Shown here piece after piece: positions 27,150 through 39,070 of a stretch of DNA of 64,000 nt. Within the stretch, counting starts at the first letter, position 1, and each line of letters starts with the position of its first letter. Location: contig NC_073409.1 in NCBI RefSeq assembly GCF_028641065.1, forward strand, positions 1,178,001 through 1,242,000. The letters run 5' to 3'. This DNA comes from Leucoraja erinacea (taxonomy: Eukaryota). The notes beneath the pieces were generated by a model, which saw only the letters and a program-made list of their open reading frames with translations, was not told the DNA's origin and did not search any database. Position numbers and translations under genes: made by a program.

Positions 27150-27445
27150 AAAGAAAATAGCGATTTAAAAAAATGAAATTTGAGATCCCATTATGACGTC
27201 AAACACAGCTGATGGGCAGGGCAAATGGAAAAGTGGTTTGAAAAGTGATTTTTGTAAAGTTTAAAATGTCAATAACTTGTAAAATATACCATCAATGTGA
27301 ACAAAATATGTTTCATTTACATCACAGGACAATGGTGAGTAAGGTGGGCCAAAATTGTAGCACTATTGTGTACCGTTTTGGCGGAGTTTCAGGATCTCAC
27401 GCACACATACAATCAAACAAGATGAGAATTTTAGTAATATATAGA
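27150..27445 (-). mobile_element. Probable 5' end of a non-autonomous Helitron
   Basis: Minus strand reads A|TCTATATATTACTAAAATTCTCATCTTGTTTGATTGTATGTGTG...AACTCCGCCAAAACGG, the typical Helitron 5'-TC terminus after a host A. No 3' CTRR end was found. Confidence 0.5.
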
Positions 27446-27516
27446 TTGCAGATCAGGCTTCTATCACATAGCTTCTTGTTGACATGGACTGCTGTTTGAG
27501 ATAACCATGCACTGAC

Positions 27517-27636
27517 CTGATCATCGTAACGGTATGTCAGGGCCTGCTCTCCCGTCGTATCTTCCAAAAAGCTTCCTTGTGGAGAAAGTGCAAATTCAGG
27601 AACAAAGTAGACAGTGTCCGATTGGTCCCCATTTCC
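27517..27636 (-). CDS. ADAMTSL3: ADAMTS-like protein 3, second coding exon (GNGDQSDTVYFVPEFALSPQGSFLEDTTGEQALTYRYDDQ)
   Basis: 120-bp phase 0/0 open exon with a strong acceptor (ttattctttccttttattttctag) and a CAG|gtcagt donor. The peptide is nearly identical to the recalled human ADAMTSL3 segment YFLPEFALSPQGSFLEDTTGEQFLTYRYDDQ. Confidence 0.95.
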
Positions 27637-27845
27637 CTAGAAAATAAAAGGAAAGAATAAACAAAATTTTCCCTTTTCCTCCCGTGAAGGATCTACATAC
27701 AAACAGTGGCCGTTAAACCGATTTCATTCTAATCGCTCCCATTTTCCAGCGACTTCAGACTAATTCCTCTGTATATAATCCATCATTTTTAGCATGTTTT
27801 CCTCTTGTATCTTTAAATTAACAAGCTTTTTGCTATTTACAACTT

Positions 27846-28145
27846 GGCGTCACGGTGGCACAGTGGTAGAGCTGCTGCCTCAATGCCAGAGACCCGGTTT
27901 CCATCCTATCTGTGTGGAGTTTGTAGTTCTCCCTGCGACCTTGTGGGTTTGCTCCAGGTGCTCCGGTTTCCTCCCACAACGCTAATACATGTTGGTTTGT
28001 AGGCTAATTGCCTTCTGTAAATTTCCCCTAGTGTGCGGGATTTAAAAGCGGGACAACTTAGAACTAGAGTATGGTTAATTGCTGGTCGGCACGGATCTCA
28101 ATGGGCCAAAGGGTCCTTTTCACAGTGCATCTCCAAACTAAACTA
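27846..28145 (+). mobile_element. HE1-type V-SINE
   Basis: Consensus match. Confidence 0.8.
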
Positions 28146-29019
28146 GTCTCTCATTGGAGATTAAATTGGAAGCTCACACTGGTTTTGAACTTTGAATTCC
28201 ATCAACCACAGCCTTGCATTCTATTAACTTCATCAACATCCCTGTGGAACATGCAAGCATTACACTCACAAACACAATGGTGCCAGCAAAAGTTGGACAC
28301 ATGACATTCAACTCCTTCATTCAAACCATTAACAAATGTAATGGCAGCTGCAGTCCCTACCCAGGACACAGGGGACAATGCTGCCACATCATGCCAATTT
28401 AAGTTCAAAACCATCATCCCTATTCTCCATCTACTAACTCCTGCCAAGGATGCAAGGTCATCTCCAATTCCATGTGCTCTCATTTTGCTTAACAGATTCT
28501 TGCATTGTATTGTCAAATTCCTTCTAGAAGTCCACATAAATAACATCACTCCCTCATGCACACCCCAACCAAATGCTGGTGTCAAGTGCGCAAACCAAAC
28601 CCAGAAACTGCCTTTGGGACCCGGCTGTTTCATTCTTAAAGTAGCTGCATCCTTATTGCCTTCACACTGGAGAACTTGAGTGTATTAAATACCGCCTCAA
28701 AACAAAAATACAACCAGCTTTACAACTTTTGAACCATTGCCTGTATACTTGCTGTATAACAATGTCAGATCTGCCTGCTTCACCACCACACAAATGTCCC
28801 ACATCTCATGGCTTTACCCTCTGGACCTCTACACCCTGGAGAAAAATGGTTCTGGCTGTTTACCCAATACATGCCCCATGATTTTATACACTTTTAACAA
28901 TCTCCACTCAACTCCCAACATTTCCCATGACTATATAGACAGTCAGAACTCTAACACCATCCCTGTTATCCCTGCTGTTGGACAAATGGAGCACAGGAGG
29001 GTGATCAGTAATCAATCTG

Positions 29020-29860
29020 ATTGAATCTTGTTCTCCATGTTAACAAGACTAATGGGCCTGTCCCACTTAGGTGATTGATTGGGCGGCTACGATTTCAATG
29101 TCATAGGTTGTCGCCAGGTGTCTCCAGGTGTCGCCAGGTGTCGCCAGGTGTCTCCAGGTGTATTCCATTAAAACTAGTCCCTGGCAGTCGCCTAAGTGGG
29201 ACAGGCCCTTAGGAGTTGATTGTTGACTTCAAGAGGAAAGCAGAGTTTTCATTGAAGGGATTGCAAGTGGAGGGAGTGCCTGGTTGACTGTTTCTCCAAA
29301 GATGTGTTCTGGCCCCAACAGCAGGAAAGCTGATCAATGCCTTTACTTCCTCAGAGGTTTGGGGAGATTGGGCATATCACTGAATATTCTATCGAACGTC
29401 ACCAGGTGTGTGACAGAGAACATACTGAGAGGTTGGGTCAAGGTCTGGTTGAGTAACTGGAATGCCCAATGATGAAGGTTGCAGGAAGTGGTGGACATTG
29501 CCCCGGCTCAACACAGGTATCGAACTCACCACCGTCAAAGACAATCCAAGGAAACATTGTCTTACAATAGCAACCAACATCAAAGACCCAGGAACCCGAG
29601 AACTGTGACCACCAGCGTCCAGAACAGCTTCGTCCATCAACCATCAGGTTCTTGGGGCACAATCCTAACCACAAGCCTACCACACCAAACTGGTTGGACT
29701 TTACTGGCTTAAACTTGCACTAAACGTTATTCCCTTATCATGCATCTATACACTGTAAACGGCTCGATTGTAATCATGCATTGTCTTTCCGCTGACTGGT
29801 TATCACGTGACAAAGCTTTTCGCTGTACCTCAGTACACGTCAATAAACTAACTGAACTAT
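29020..29860 (+). mobile_element. Decayed Rex1/Babar-type LINE fragment carrying a nested MITE
   Basis: NLVLHVNKT[MITE]ELIVDFKR and KADQCLYFLRGLGRLGISLNILSNVTRCVTENIL. Confidence 0.75.
29053..29209. mobile_element. PIF/Harbinger-like MITE with ~18-24-bp TIRs and an internal 10-bp tandem repeat
   Basis: gggcctgtcccacttagg...cctaagtgggacaggccc, flanked by TAA/TTA-like bases; (tc[gt]ccaggtg)x5 inside. Confidence 0.75.
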
Positions 29861-30197
29861 GTTGTTTGTTTAGGTTTCATCACAACAAACAGTACAGGCA
29901 TCTCGCTTTGTACATGGGGGTTAGGCACTTTGAAGGCTGTGCTTAATTCAAAAACCAGTAAATCACACATATATTTGCTGCCGGCAGTAAATCCGAGCAC
30001 TTTATTCATAAAATACCAGTAGCTAAATTAAGCTTTGGCATTAAAGGAACAAGCAGAGCATTTCAACAATCCACAAATCAAGCATCGTGCGATGCCTGTA
30101 CTTCAGTTTGCATGATCATAGCCCAGTCACCTAGTCTAATTGATCAATTATTGATTATTGATTATTGTGTGATTGTTTGTCGTATAGGTACATTAAC

Positions 30198-30470
30198 GTC
30201 ACGGTGGCGCAGCGGTAGAGTTGCTGCCTTACAGCGAATGCAGCGGGTCCAATACTGACTACGGGTGCTGTCTGTACGGAGTTTGTACGTTCACCCCGTG
30301 ACGTTTCTCCAAGATATTCAGTTTCCTTCCACACTCCAAAGACGTACAGGTTTGCAGGTTAATTGGCTTGGTAAATGTAAAAAGTGCGATCGTGTTAACG
30401 TGTGGCGATCGCGGGTCGGCATGGACTCAGTGGGCTGAAGGGCCTGGTTCCGTGCTGTATCTCTAAACTT
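30198..30470 (+). mobile_element. HE1-type V-SINE
   Basis: Consensus match. Confidence 0.8.
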
Positions 30471-32357
30471 GCATCGATGCAGTTAGAAAGATTCTCATTG
30501 CTCACCTTGCCCCTGCCTATGACAATTAAGCTTCTAGATTCTCTTGAAATTAACAAAAAGGACCTTAGTTTAAGGAAGAACATGATTATATATGACAAAG
30601 GTTTTCTTGGCGTGTACATGGAATGTTGACTGCATGATCTTGCCATGAAAAGGCAACAACTCAGGAACATTACAACTTCATCGTGTTGGTTTGCATTTGC
30701 TATTAATATTTTGTGTGTGCGTGTTGCCTTCTTGAACATGGATCCCAGGCCTTGTTAATAGAGTTCTCACAAGGCCATCCAGTCAGCAGAAAGACTATAG
30801 ATACATCCACAAATGATTACAGTCGAGCCATCCAGTGCACAGATACAGGTGAAGGCAATAACATCGAGTGCAAGGTCGTCCAGTCAAGATCGAATAAGGA
30901 TAATACAAAGCATGTTCCCCTCAATCCTGAGGGATTATGACGGGAGACGAGAAGAAAGATCCTCAATCCAAGATTGGAGAATAACAGGCTGGATAGAGCA
31001 ATGATTACCATTGAAGAGACGTAGTTACTTCACAACAACTTTTGTTCAATCGACTTCAGATCGCTCAGGTCACTGAGGTGGAACAAGAACTCTTAAGCTG
31101 CAGTAAATGTGTGCGACTTAAGGGACAGTGCCTTCCTACATTCTTGGATAGGTCATAGCATGAAAGGAACTGATCTCTGAACTACCAGAACGTGTACATC
31201 TGGAAAAACATTTGAGAGTAATGTTTGGCTCAACAAGCCATCATGAGATTTGCGTTAAGTAGGGTGGTTATAGCAAGTTTGGAAAGCGTGGTGGAAATCA
31301 GTTATATTCCTGGAAGAAACAGAAATAGTTTCAACTTTTGAAAATTCTACTCCAGAGGCACAAATTGTCTTTTGGCCTCCACCAACCACAGGAGTGTTAC
31401 CCAGAATGGCACATACTGGAAATTCAGTCACGTGCCCCACTCTGTTTTCTCCTCATTAAATGTTTAAAAAAAAACACAATTGTAAGCTCCAACTTAAAAA
31501 CCTGCAGCTTGCATTACAGCAATGATTCACCTCAGACCATTTCCATGGGTTCAAATAGTGATAGACTCAAATAACTGCTCACCCACCCCAAGAAAGGTTC
31601 CAGCAACTTTGGAGGTGGGACATAACTAAACCCATTGCAAAATGTCACAAATGTCCTTCTTAAGGTTACATCTGAATAGTTTCACATTGCTGGCTATACC
31701 ATGGAATAAGTTCATGTACAGCCCTGACTTTATTTGACAATGCTCCCATGAATATTCTACAATGTTAAAGACATTGTTATTGACTGATGATGTGTCTGTT
31801 GTAGTGGGACATCACTTGGCAGATTTTAATTCTGCTCTCGGACACCACAAATGGTCCGATTACCTCCCAACGTCTACGCGAACCTCCCAGCTTCGAACGT
31901 TATTGATGGTGCGTTCCTCTATTTTAGGGGGACCAGATGTCAAGGAAATTGTCTGCTCCATTGATTCACACCACCTCGCACATATTCCCTCTGAACTCGA
32001 GTGCAAACCCCAGCTGCGATCAAGACCAAGTGCATCGTGACAGCGTCAGCTTTAACTGACTGTACGGAACATCGACAGATAATGACGGCTGTTTGCAGTG
32101 TGCACGAGAGCAAGAGGCTACAGGCTGAACCTGGAATACTGAGGGACATCTGCTGGCAACAACGATAAATCCAGTCAAGCAGAAAATCACATGCAAATTA
32201 TTAAACGAGGAGAGGAATATGTTGCCTCTGCATTGATCTACTGCCCAGACAGCTTTACAAAGTTTTAAAAAAAAAAGATAAGTCTGGCCCTTCCAAGGAT
32301 TTTCACGTCACAGAAGGTCAGTGGGGCAATTAATCCAAATTATTGACGGGAAGGTTG

Positions 32358-32960
32358 AGTGAGACCAGATGCTAAGTGGATGAACAGCACCTCCATGTTC
32401 CACTTGGGTAGCTGCCGACCCAACAGTGCGAACATTGAACATCCCCCATTCCTGTAAGCTCACGTTCCTTCAACTACCTGTCCCCTATTTCTTCACCCCC
32501 TCCTTGCCCCTATCCCCCCCGACACTCCTTCCCCTGGCTTCACATCTCATTCCTCTTCTCTCCTTATCTATCTCCGGTTCAACTCTCGCTTTTGATCGGC
32601 AGATGATTGAAGCAAGGGGCAAAGTCCCCATCGCTTGTACTCACCTCATCTGAAGAAGGGTTCCGCCCTGAAACGTCAACCATCCCTTCTCTCCAGAGAC
32701 GCTGCCTGTCCCGCTGAGTTACTCCAGCATTTTTTCTATGTATGTTCCACTTGCTAAGATCTGCCATGCACCCTTCCCCCCCTCTCTTGTCTAGTTTCCC
32801 CCCCCCCCATCCCCCCCACTACAATCACTGAAGAAGGGTCCCGACACAAAACACCACCCATTCATTCATTCCCTCCCCGATTCTGCCCGACCCATCGAGT
32901 TACTCCAGCACCTAGTGTTGTGTTTGCGGTTCCAGCATCGCCATTCCTTGTATCTCTATT
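32358..32960 (+). mobile_element. Penelope-like retroelement 3' fragment: degenerate GIY-YIG endonuclease C-terminus, pyrimidine-rich 3' region and two tandem hammerhead-bearing repeats
   Basis: 32358-32457 translates (one stop, one frameshift) to SETRC*VDEQHL/MFHLGSCRPNSANIE, resembling the Penelope ORF end motif EEQHLIFRLGxLxPxGxNxxF. It is followed by CTGAAGAAGGG motifs at 32650 and 32829. Confidence 0.7.
32650..32677 (+). ncRNA. Minimal hammerhead ribozyme motif (Penelope type), best-preserved core in the window
   Basis: CUGAAGA-AGGG-UUCCG-CCCU-GAAA-CGUC has both core boxes, a 4-bp stem II, a palindromic ACGU for a dimeric stem III and a GUC cleavage triplet. Stem I pairing is weak. Confidence 0.6.
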
Positions 32961-33344
32961 TTGATACATGGCCTTTAGCTGGATGTAAACTTACAAATAA
33001 CTGCAGAAAGGATGCAGATTTGATGCTAGGGGTTTTCTAAATATCCCCAAACTGCTTTTAAATTCCCTGTCCCGGTTGGGACATGGTTTATGTCAATTCA
33101 TGTGCATTATCTTCACCATTACTGCTTCTGCCATTAGAAATTCCCAATAGGAATTCCTGCTAACTGACTGACATGCCTGGAAGACTGGGAATGCTCATGG
33201 AGGGATGTCAGGTTGAATAAAGGGCATTGTGTGTCTGTGTAATGGTACCTGTGTTTGCAGAATACTTCATTTGAAAAGTTATGGCTAATTTTATTTTGCA
33301 ACTTATATCCACTTTTATTGTTAATGTTGATACTTAACATGTCA

Positions 33345-33818
33345 NNNNNNNNNNNNNNNNNNNNNNNNNNNNNNNNNNNNNNNNNNNNNNNNNNNNNNNN
33401 NNNNNNNNNNNNNNNNNNNNNNNNNNNNNNNNNNNNNNNNNNNNNNNNNNNNNNNNNNNNNNNNNNNNNNNNNNNNNNNNNNNNNNNNNNNNNNNNNNNN
33501 NNNNNNNNNNNNNNNNNNNNNNNNNNNNNNNNNNNNNNNNNNNNNNNNNNNNNNNNNNNNNNNNNNNNNNNNNNNNNNNNNNNNNNNNNNNNNNNNNNNN
33601 NNNNNNNNNNNNNNNNNNNNNNNNNNNNNNNNNNNNNNNNNNNNNNNNNNNNNNNNNNNNNNNNNNNNNNNNNNNNNNNNNNNNNNNNNNNNNNNNNNNN
33701 NNNNNNNNNNNNNNNNNNNNNNNNNNNNNNNNNNNNNNNNNNNNNNNNNNNNNNNNNNNNNNNNNNNNNNNNNNNNNNNNNNNNNNNNNNNNNNNNNNNN
33801 NNNNNNNNNNNNNNNNNN
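33345..33818. other. Assembly gap
   Basis: 474 N. Confidence 1.
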
Positions 33819-33924
33819 CTTCATGTATGTTCGGCCGAGGAATTTTTGCCAGGAAACTACAATCGTGTTTAAGCTGCATTTCCATTCCTTTGGATCATTA
33901 ACCAATACGAAATAGAAAAGTTGA

Positions 33925-34172
33925 GTTTAGAAATATAGCACGGAAACAGTCCATGTCGACCAGCGATCTCCAGACACCAGACACAATTTACAATTTTTAA
34001 CAAAGCCACTCAACCTACAAACCTGCACGTCTTTGGAGTGTGGGGGGAAACCAGAGCACCTGGAAAAAACCCACGCGGTCAAGGGGAGAAGGTACAAACT
34101 CCGTTCGAGCTGCACCCACAGTCAGGATTGAACCCAGGTCTCTGTCGCTGTGAGGCAGCAATTCTTCCGCAG
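33925..34172 (-). mobile_element. HE1-type V-SINE
   Basis: Consensus match. Confidence 0.75.
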
Positions 34173-35137
34173 AGCCCTACAGAACTAGGCTTTCTCCATT
34201 AAACATAAGAGTTTGATTTGATGACTTCATGCAGTTTAAGAGACTTTCCCGTCCCGTCGCCATGAAGCCGGATAATCAAGAGCAATCTTTTGATAAGTTA
34301 GTCCCTTCCCGTCTCCAACCGCCTTTATATTTAATTAGTTACCATTCTGGAGACACAAAAGATGGCAGATGTTGGGATCAGGAGCAAAAAAAAAAAAAAA
34401 AAAAAAAAATCTGGTCAGGCAGCATGATGGAAAAAAGACAAACTTAATCAATGGACAACCCAATCAACAGTTCGAGGGGCATTGATTCTACACAGAGATG
34501 CTGATGAAGGCTTGTGCGGTCAAACCAATCACCTTTCAGCACGTTATAAGTGCCATAAAGCCAAACACTTCAATTATCACCAAAGTCTCAGCATGTTACA
34601 CCATGCCCAAAACAAGATGCATGGAGTAGCATCTAGGAGAGAGAGCTTGGTAGCTGAAGCACAGAGGAATCGCCACCACAACTGAGAAATCATGGAGGAT
34701 AAACAAGCCACTTGTATCAGCAAAATATCGTGACTGTGCGTTGTTGCCAGAGTACAAGTCTATTGAAGCCCTGTGGGAAACACAGTTGAAGCGGTCTTTA
34801 AGATTCAATAAATACAAGTTTTGTTGAAGACAATCTAAAAAGGGACTGCTTGTTGCCTTTCAAGTATTCAGAAGGGACACAAGAATGCCATTGAGACCAG
34901 TGACGTGATCATTGCATGTCCGGGCTTGCAGAGAGAACAGAAAGGGAGAGTCTGTTATAGGGAGGAAGACGTGACAGATGAAGTGACTAAACACAACGAT
35001 ATTCCATGGCCAAAAGTAAGCGGTATTAGTTTACAAGATGTTAGTCTTGGGGAGGTGTGATGCAGGATAGTTGTTTACAATGACCCAAGGAAACCCGAAT
35101 CACAGAACCTGCTTCAAATTCATGGTCCATATATAAA

Positions 35138-35549
35138 ATTGTAAAATTATAAGTGGGAGAGAGAAAGAGTTAGTTACAATTCTGTCACTTTTGCCAAAGA
35201 AATGAAACACATCCGGATGTCAGGCAACACTGAAAGGCTGGCAACAGAATAACCCTTTCTGGGCCTGTTCAAATTTCTATTATTCTTGGTAAGACAAGAG
35301 GAGAATTTGGGTTAGATCGTACTGGCGGCAGTTTTCGTGTTTACACTCTGGCTAAAGTCTTGCAGGTAGATTCATCATCTCCGACATAACAGAATAACAT
35401 TCTCAGTTCAGCACGAATCCTGTAAAACCACACGGAGCCCGCAGAGAAGGAATAATGAATAATGAAAGAATGCCTTCTTATTGAGAGCTTGCAATTCTGT
35501 CAAAAGTGACAGAATAACTCTCCTCTGCCAGAGCTCGAGATTTTACAAT
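35138..35549. mobile_element. Old MITE-like element with ~60-bp degenerate terminal inverted repeats
   Basis: attgtaaaat..agagaaagagtta..attctgtcacttttgcc versus gtcaaaagtgacagaataactctcctct..attttacaat. Confidence 0.5.
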
Positions 35550-35629
35550 GCAAGCACCTTTAAAAAAGAAACATTACAACAAAGTAGTCAAAGAAAATAT
35601 ACGACAGATTAACACAGATAAGGAAATAG

Positions 35630-36040
35630 CATAGAAACGTGTAAAATATGCAGAGTAGACCATTTGGCCCTTCAAGCCAGCATCGCCATCCAATATGATC
35701 ACGGCTGATCATCCAACATTAGCACCCTGTTCCTGCTTTCTCCCCATATCCTTTGATTCCGTTAGCCCTAAGAGCTAAATCTAACTCCCTCTTGAAACAT
35801 CCAGTGAATTGGCCTCCACTGCCTTCTGTGGCAGAGAATTCAACAGATTCACAACTCTCTGGGTGAAAAAGTTTTTCCTCATCTCAGTCCTAAATGGCCT
35901 ACCCCTTATTCTTAAACTGTGACCCCTGGTTCTAGACTCCCCCAAAGTGGAGAACATTTTTTCCTGCATCTAGCCTGTCCAATCCCTTACGAATCTTACA
36001 CATTTCTATACGATCTCCACTCATCCTAAATGTCAGTGAA
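35630..36040 (-). mobile_element. CR1-clade LINE 3' fragment
   Basis: GESRTRGHSLRIRGRPFRTEMRKNFFTQRVVNLLNSLPQKAVEA. Confidence 0.9.
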
Positions 36041-37626
36041 GGATTCTTGTTTACTGGGACCAGTAGAATCCAGTTGGAACAAATGGCTTGTTGCTGCCCT
36101 GGTGTGAACCATTGGTTGTAAAAACTGAAATAGTGCTGAGAATATTGACGAGGATGTTGCCAGGACTTGAGGGCCCGAGCTATAGGAGGAGGTTGGGCAG
36201 GCTAGGACTTCATTCCTTGGAGCACAGGAGGATGGACAATGATCTCAGAGATGTACAAGGTCTGTACGGAGTTTGTACGTTCTCCCTGTGATGCAGTGGA
36301 TGTTCAACGGGTGCTCCAGTATCCTCCCACCTTCCAAAGATGTGCAGGTTAATTTGCATCTGTAAGTTGTCACTAATGTGTAGGATAGAACTAGTGTTTG
36401 GTCGGCATGGACTTGTTGGGCTGAAGGGCCTGTTTCCACGCTGTATCCCTCAACTAAACACAGTAACGGGTGGCTTGGCCCAACTAGTCCATGCTGATCC
36501 AAGATTCCCCATTGAAACTAGTCCCATTTGACCCATCACATTGCAAACCTTTGTCCCTTTCCCTGCCCAAATGTCCTTTAAATGCTGGGATAGTGCCTAC
36601 CTCAACTACCTCCTCCGGCAGCTCGTTCCATATACCGACCACCCTCTGAGTGGAAAATATTGCCGCAATATTTGGAATTAGTATACGGGTGATCGCTGAT
36701 CGGTGCGTACTCCTTTGGCCGAAGGGCCCGTTCCCACAACTAAATGAGGCAACGGTCCTATATTTGTGTACCTTGGTTCCTCATTTTGTGTATCATGGTT
36801 CCTCAAAGTCCATTTCAATTTAACAAATCTACTACAGGTTTAAGAAATCCATGGCAAGTGCTCAATTCCAGGAACAGCACTTTTGTCCAAATTCTTCTCC
36901 CTCACACATAAGCAACCAATTTCTGATGAGAATTCCCCAGGCACAGTCAGTAGTTTTGCATTTAAGCTCATTTTGAAAATTGGCAGCAAAATCTCGTACG
37001 GGAGGCCAAAATCCAATGAGATTTGGACAACAGAACATCGAGAAATGTGGAAACATTTTTACGCTCGGCTCGGCACATGTTGCAGGATTTTGGTTTAAAG
37101 AAATGAATGAAAAATGTCCTTCACTAATGTGACCAAATAATGGTGTATCTGCAAGGACCTCTCTCTCTCTCTAGCTGATGAATCAATGTAACACCTGTCT
37201 GGTTAACACAGATCACGTGTTTTATCCGTGTATGCACTGAAATACACAGATGGCAATTCCCTTGTTGTAGTCTACTGAACAATACATTTTAAACATTCCT
37301 CATCTATGACCAGAACAAGCTAACTTTATTTTGAAATGCAGGAGACGTGTTCTCCTGTTCCAGTTTTCACTGGAAGTCTACAGTCAAAACTCGTCCATTC
37401 TGTGACCAAGTGAAGATGATGAGTTACCTTGCAGCTGTGGAGCGGTTTCTTCCCAAAACATTTAAGTACTAAGGTTTTGTTTTTTTTTTTGGTTTAAAAA
37501 AAAAAAAAAAAATGAATTAAATTTTTTTTATAGAGTGAATGGTTTAGAGTTATATATATTATATATATATATATATATATATGGGGGCAAATGCAGGCAA
37601 ATCAGAGAAACATACATGGGACATCT

Positions 37627-37875
37627 TTAGTTTCGTTTTTTTTTCAGTTTAGATTTACAGCACAGAAACAGTCCCATGGAGTCCTATCCGACCTGCGATC
37701 ACCACACTCTAGGGACAAATTACATTTATACCAAGCCAACTAACCTACAAACCTGCACGTCTTGGAAACCGAAGATCTCGGAGAAAAACTACATCCGAGG
37801 TCAGGATTGAACCTGCGTCTCCGACACTGAAAGCGCTGTAAGGCAGCAACTCTACCGCTGTGCCATCGTACCGCC
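37627..37875 (-). mobile_element. HE1-type V-SINE
   Basis: Consensus match. Confidence 0.75.
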
Positions 37876-38339
37876 CTTTGTTAGCAAGGACAAGTTGGGC
37901 CGAAGGGCCCGTCTCCATGCTGTATGACTCCAGATAGATTTAAAAACCATTAAATCAATTTTATGATTTGCAAAACATAATAATTCAATCATTAATCTGC
38001 ATGAAACTATAATCACCAATTGCACTTGGAAGTTGCAAATTTTAAATCGGTTTCTAATGTCAAATCTTTTCTTATACAAAACTATGTATAATAACTGTTG
38101 TAATTTTTCCAGAATTTGTTTTAAAACGAGTAAATGTCTGACTTTAGTTTTAGTTTCATTCTGCTCTTTCCAACAATCATATATTATTTTTAAATCTATT
38201 TGACAAATATTTTCTGATTTAGGTTTATTATTGTCATGTGTACTGAGGTACAGTGCAGAGCTTTGTCTTGTTTGCTATTTCATCATCAAATCAGATAATA
38301 CTGGACATGAATACAATCAGTCCAAACTCAAGTACAACA

Positions 38340-39070
38340 GTAGAAACATGGAAGAATAGATGCAGGAGTAGAGGCCATTCGGCCCTTCGAGCCAGCACCG
38401 CCATTCAATATGATCATGGCTGATCATCTAAAATCAGTACCCCATTCCTGATTTTTCCACATATCCCTCGATTCCATTAGCCCGAGAGCAAAGGGAAGAT
38501 ACAGAGTGCAGAATATAGTTCTCACCATTCTTAGGTTAATGGTCATACATTCTAGAGCAGAATTAGGCCATTCGGCCAATCAAGTCTACTCTGCCATTCA
38601 ATCATGGCTGATCCATCTCTCCCTCCTAACCCCATCCTCTTGCCTTCTCCCCATAACACCCGACAACCGCACTAATCAAGAATCTATCTATCACTGCATT
38701 AAAGAATTCCACAGATTCACCGCACTCTGACAAAATAAATTCCTCCTCATTTCCTTCCTAAAGGAACGTCCTTGAATTCGGAGGATATGACCTCCGGTCG
38801 AAGACTCTCCCACTAGTGGAAACATCCCCCTTTCACTACGTTTCAATGAGGTTCCCCCTCATCCTTCTAAACTCCAGCGAGTACAGGCCCAGTGTCGTCA
38901 AACGCTCATCATATGTTAACCCACTCATTGCTGGGATCATTCTCGTAAAGCTCCTCTGGACCCTCTCCAGAGCCAGCACATTCTTCCTCAGATATGGGGC
39001 CCACAATTGCTCACAACACTCCAAATATGGTCTGACTGCGTGTTATAGAGCCTCAACATTACATCCCTGT
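38340..39070 (-). mobile_element. CR1-clade LINE fragments
   Basis: QLWAPYLRKNVLALERVQRSFTRMIPAMSGLTYDERLTTLGLYSLEFRRMRG plus two tails. Confidence 0.85.

Noticed and set aside
1-27516. Next ADAMTSL3 exon (first TSR, WDAWGDWSDCSRTCGGG-like)
   Set aside because: I found no matching minus-strand sequence by eye; it probably lies beyond the window start.
31780-31900. Possible C/D-box snoRNA (tgatga)
   Set aside because: No properly spaced CTGA D box with a terminal stem, and no recognisable guide sequence.
33255-33905. Long ORFs across 33.3-33.9 kb and 57.4-58.0 kb
   Set aside because: They run through N gaps.
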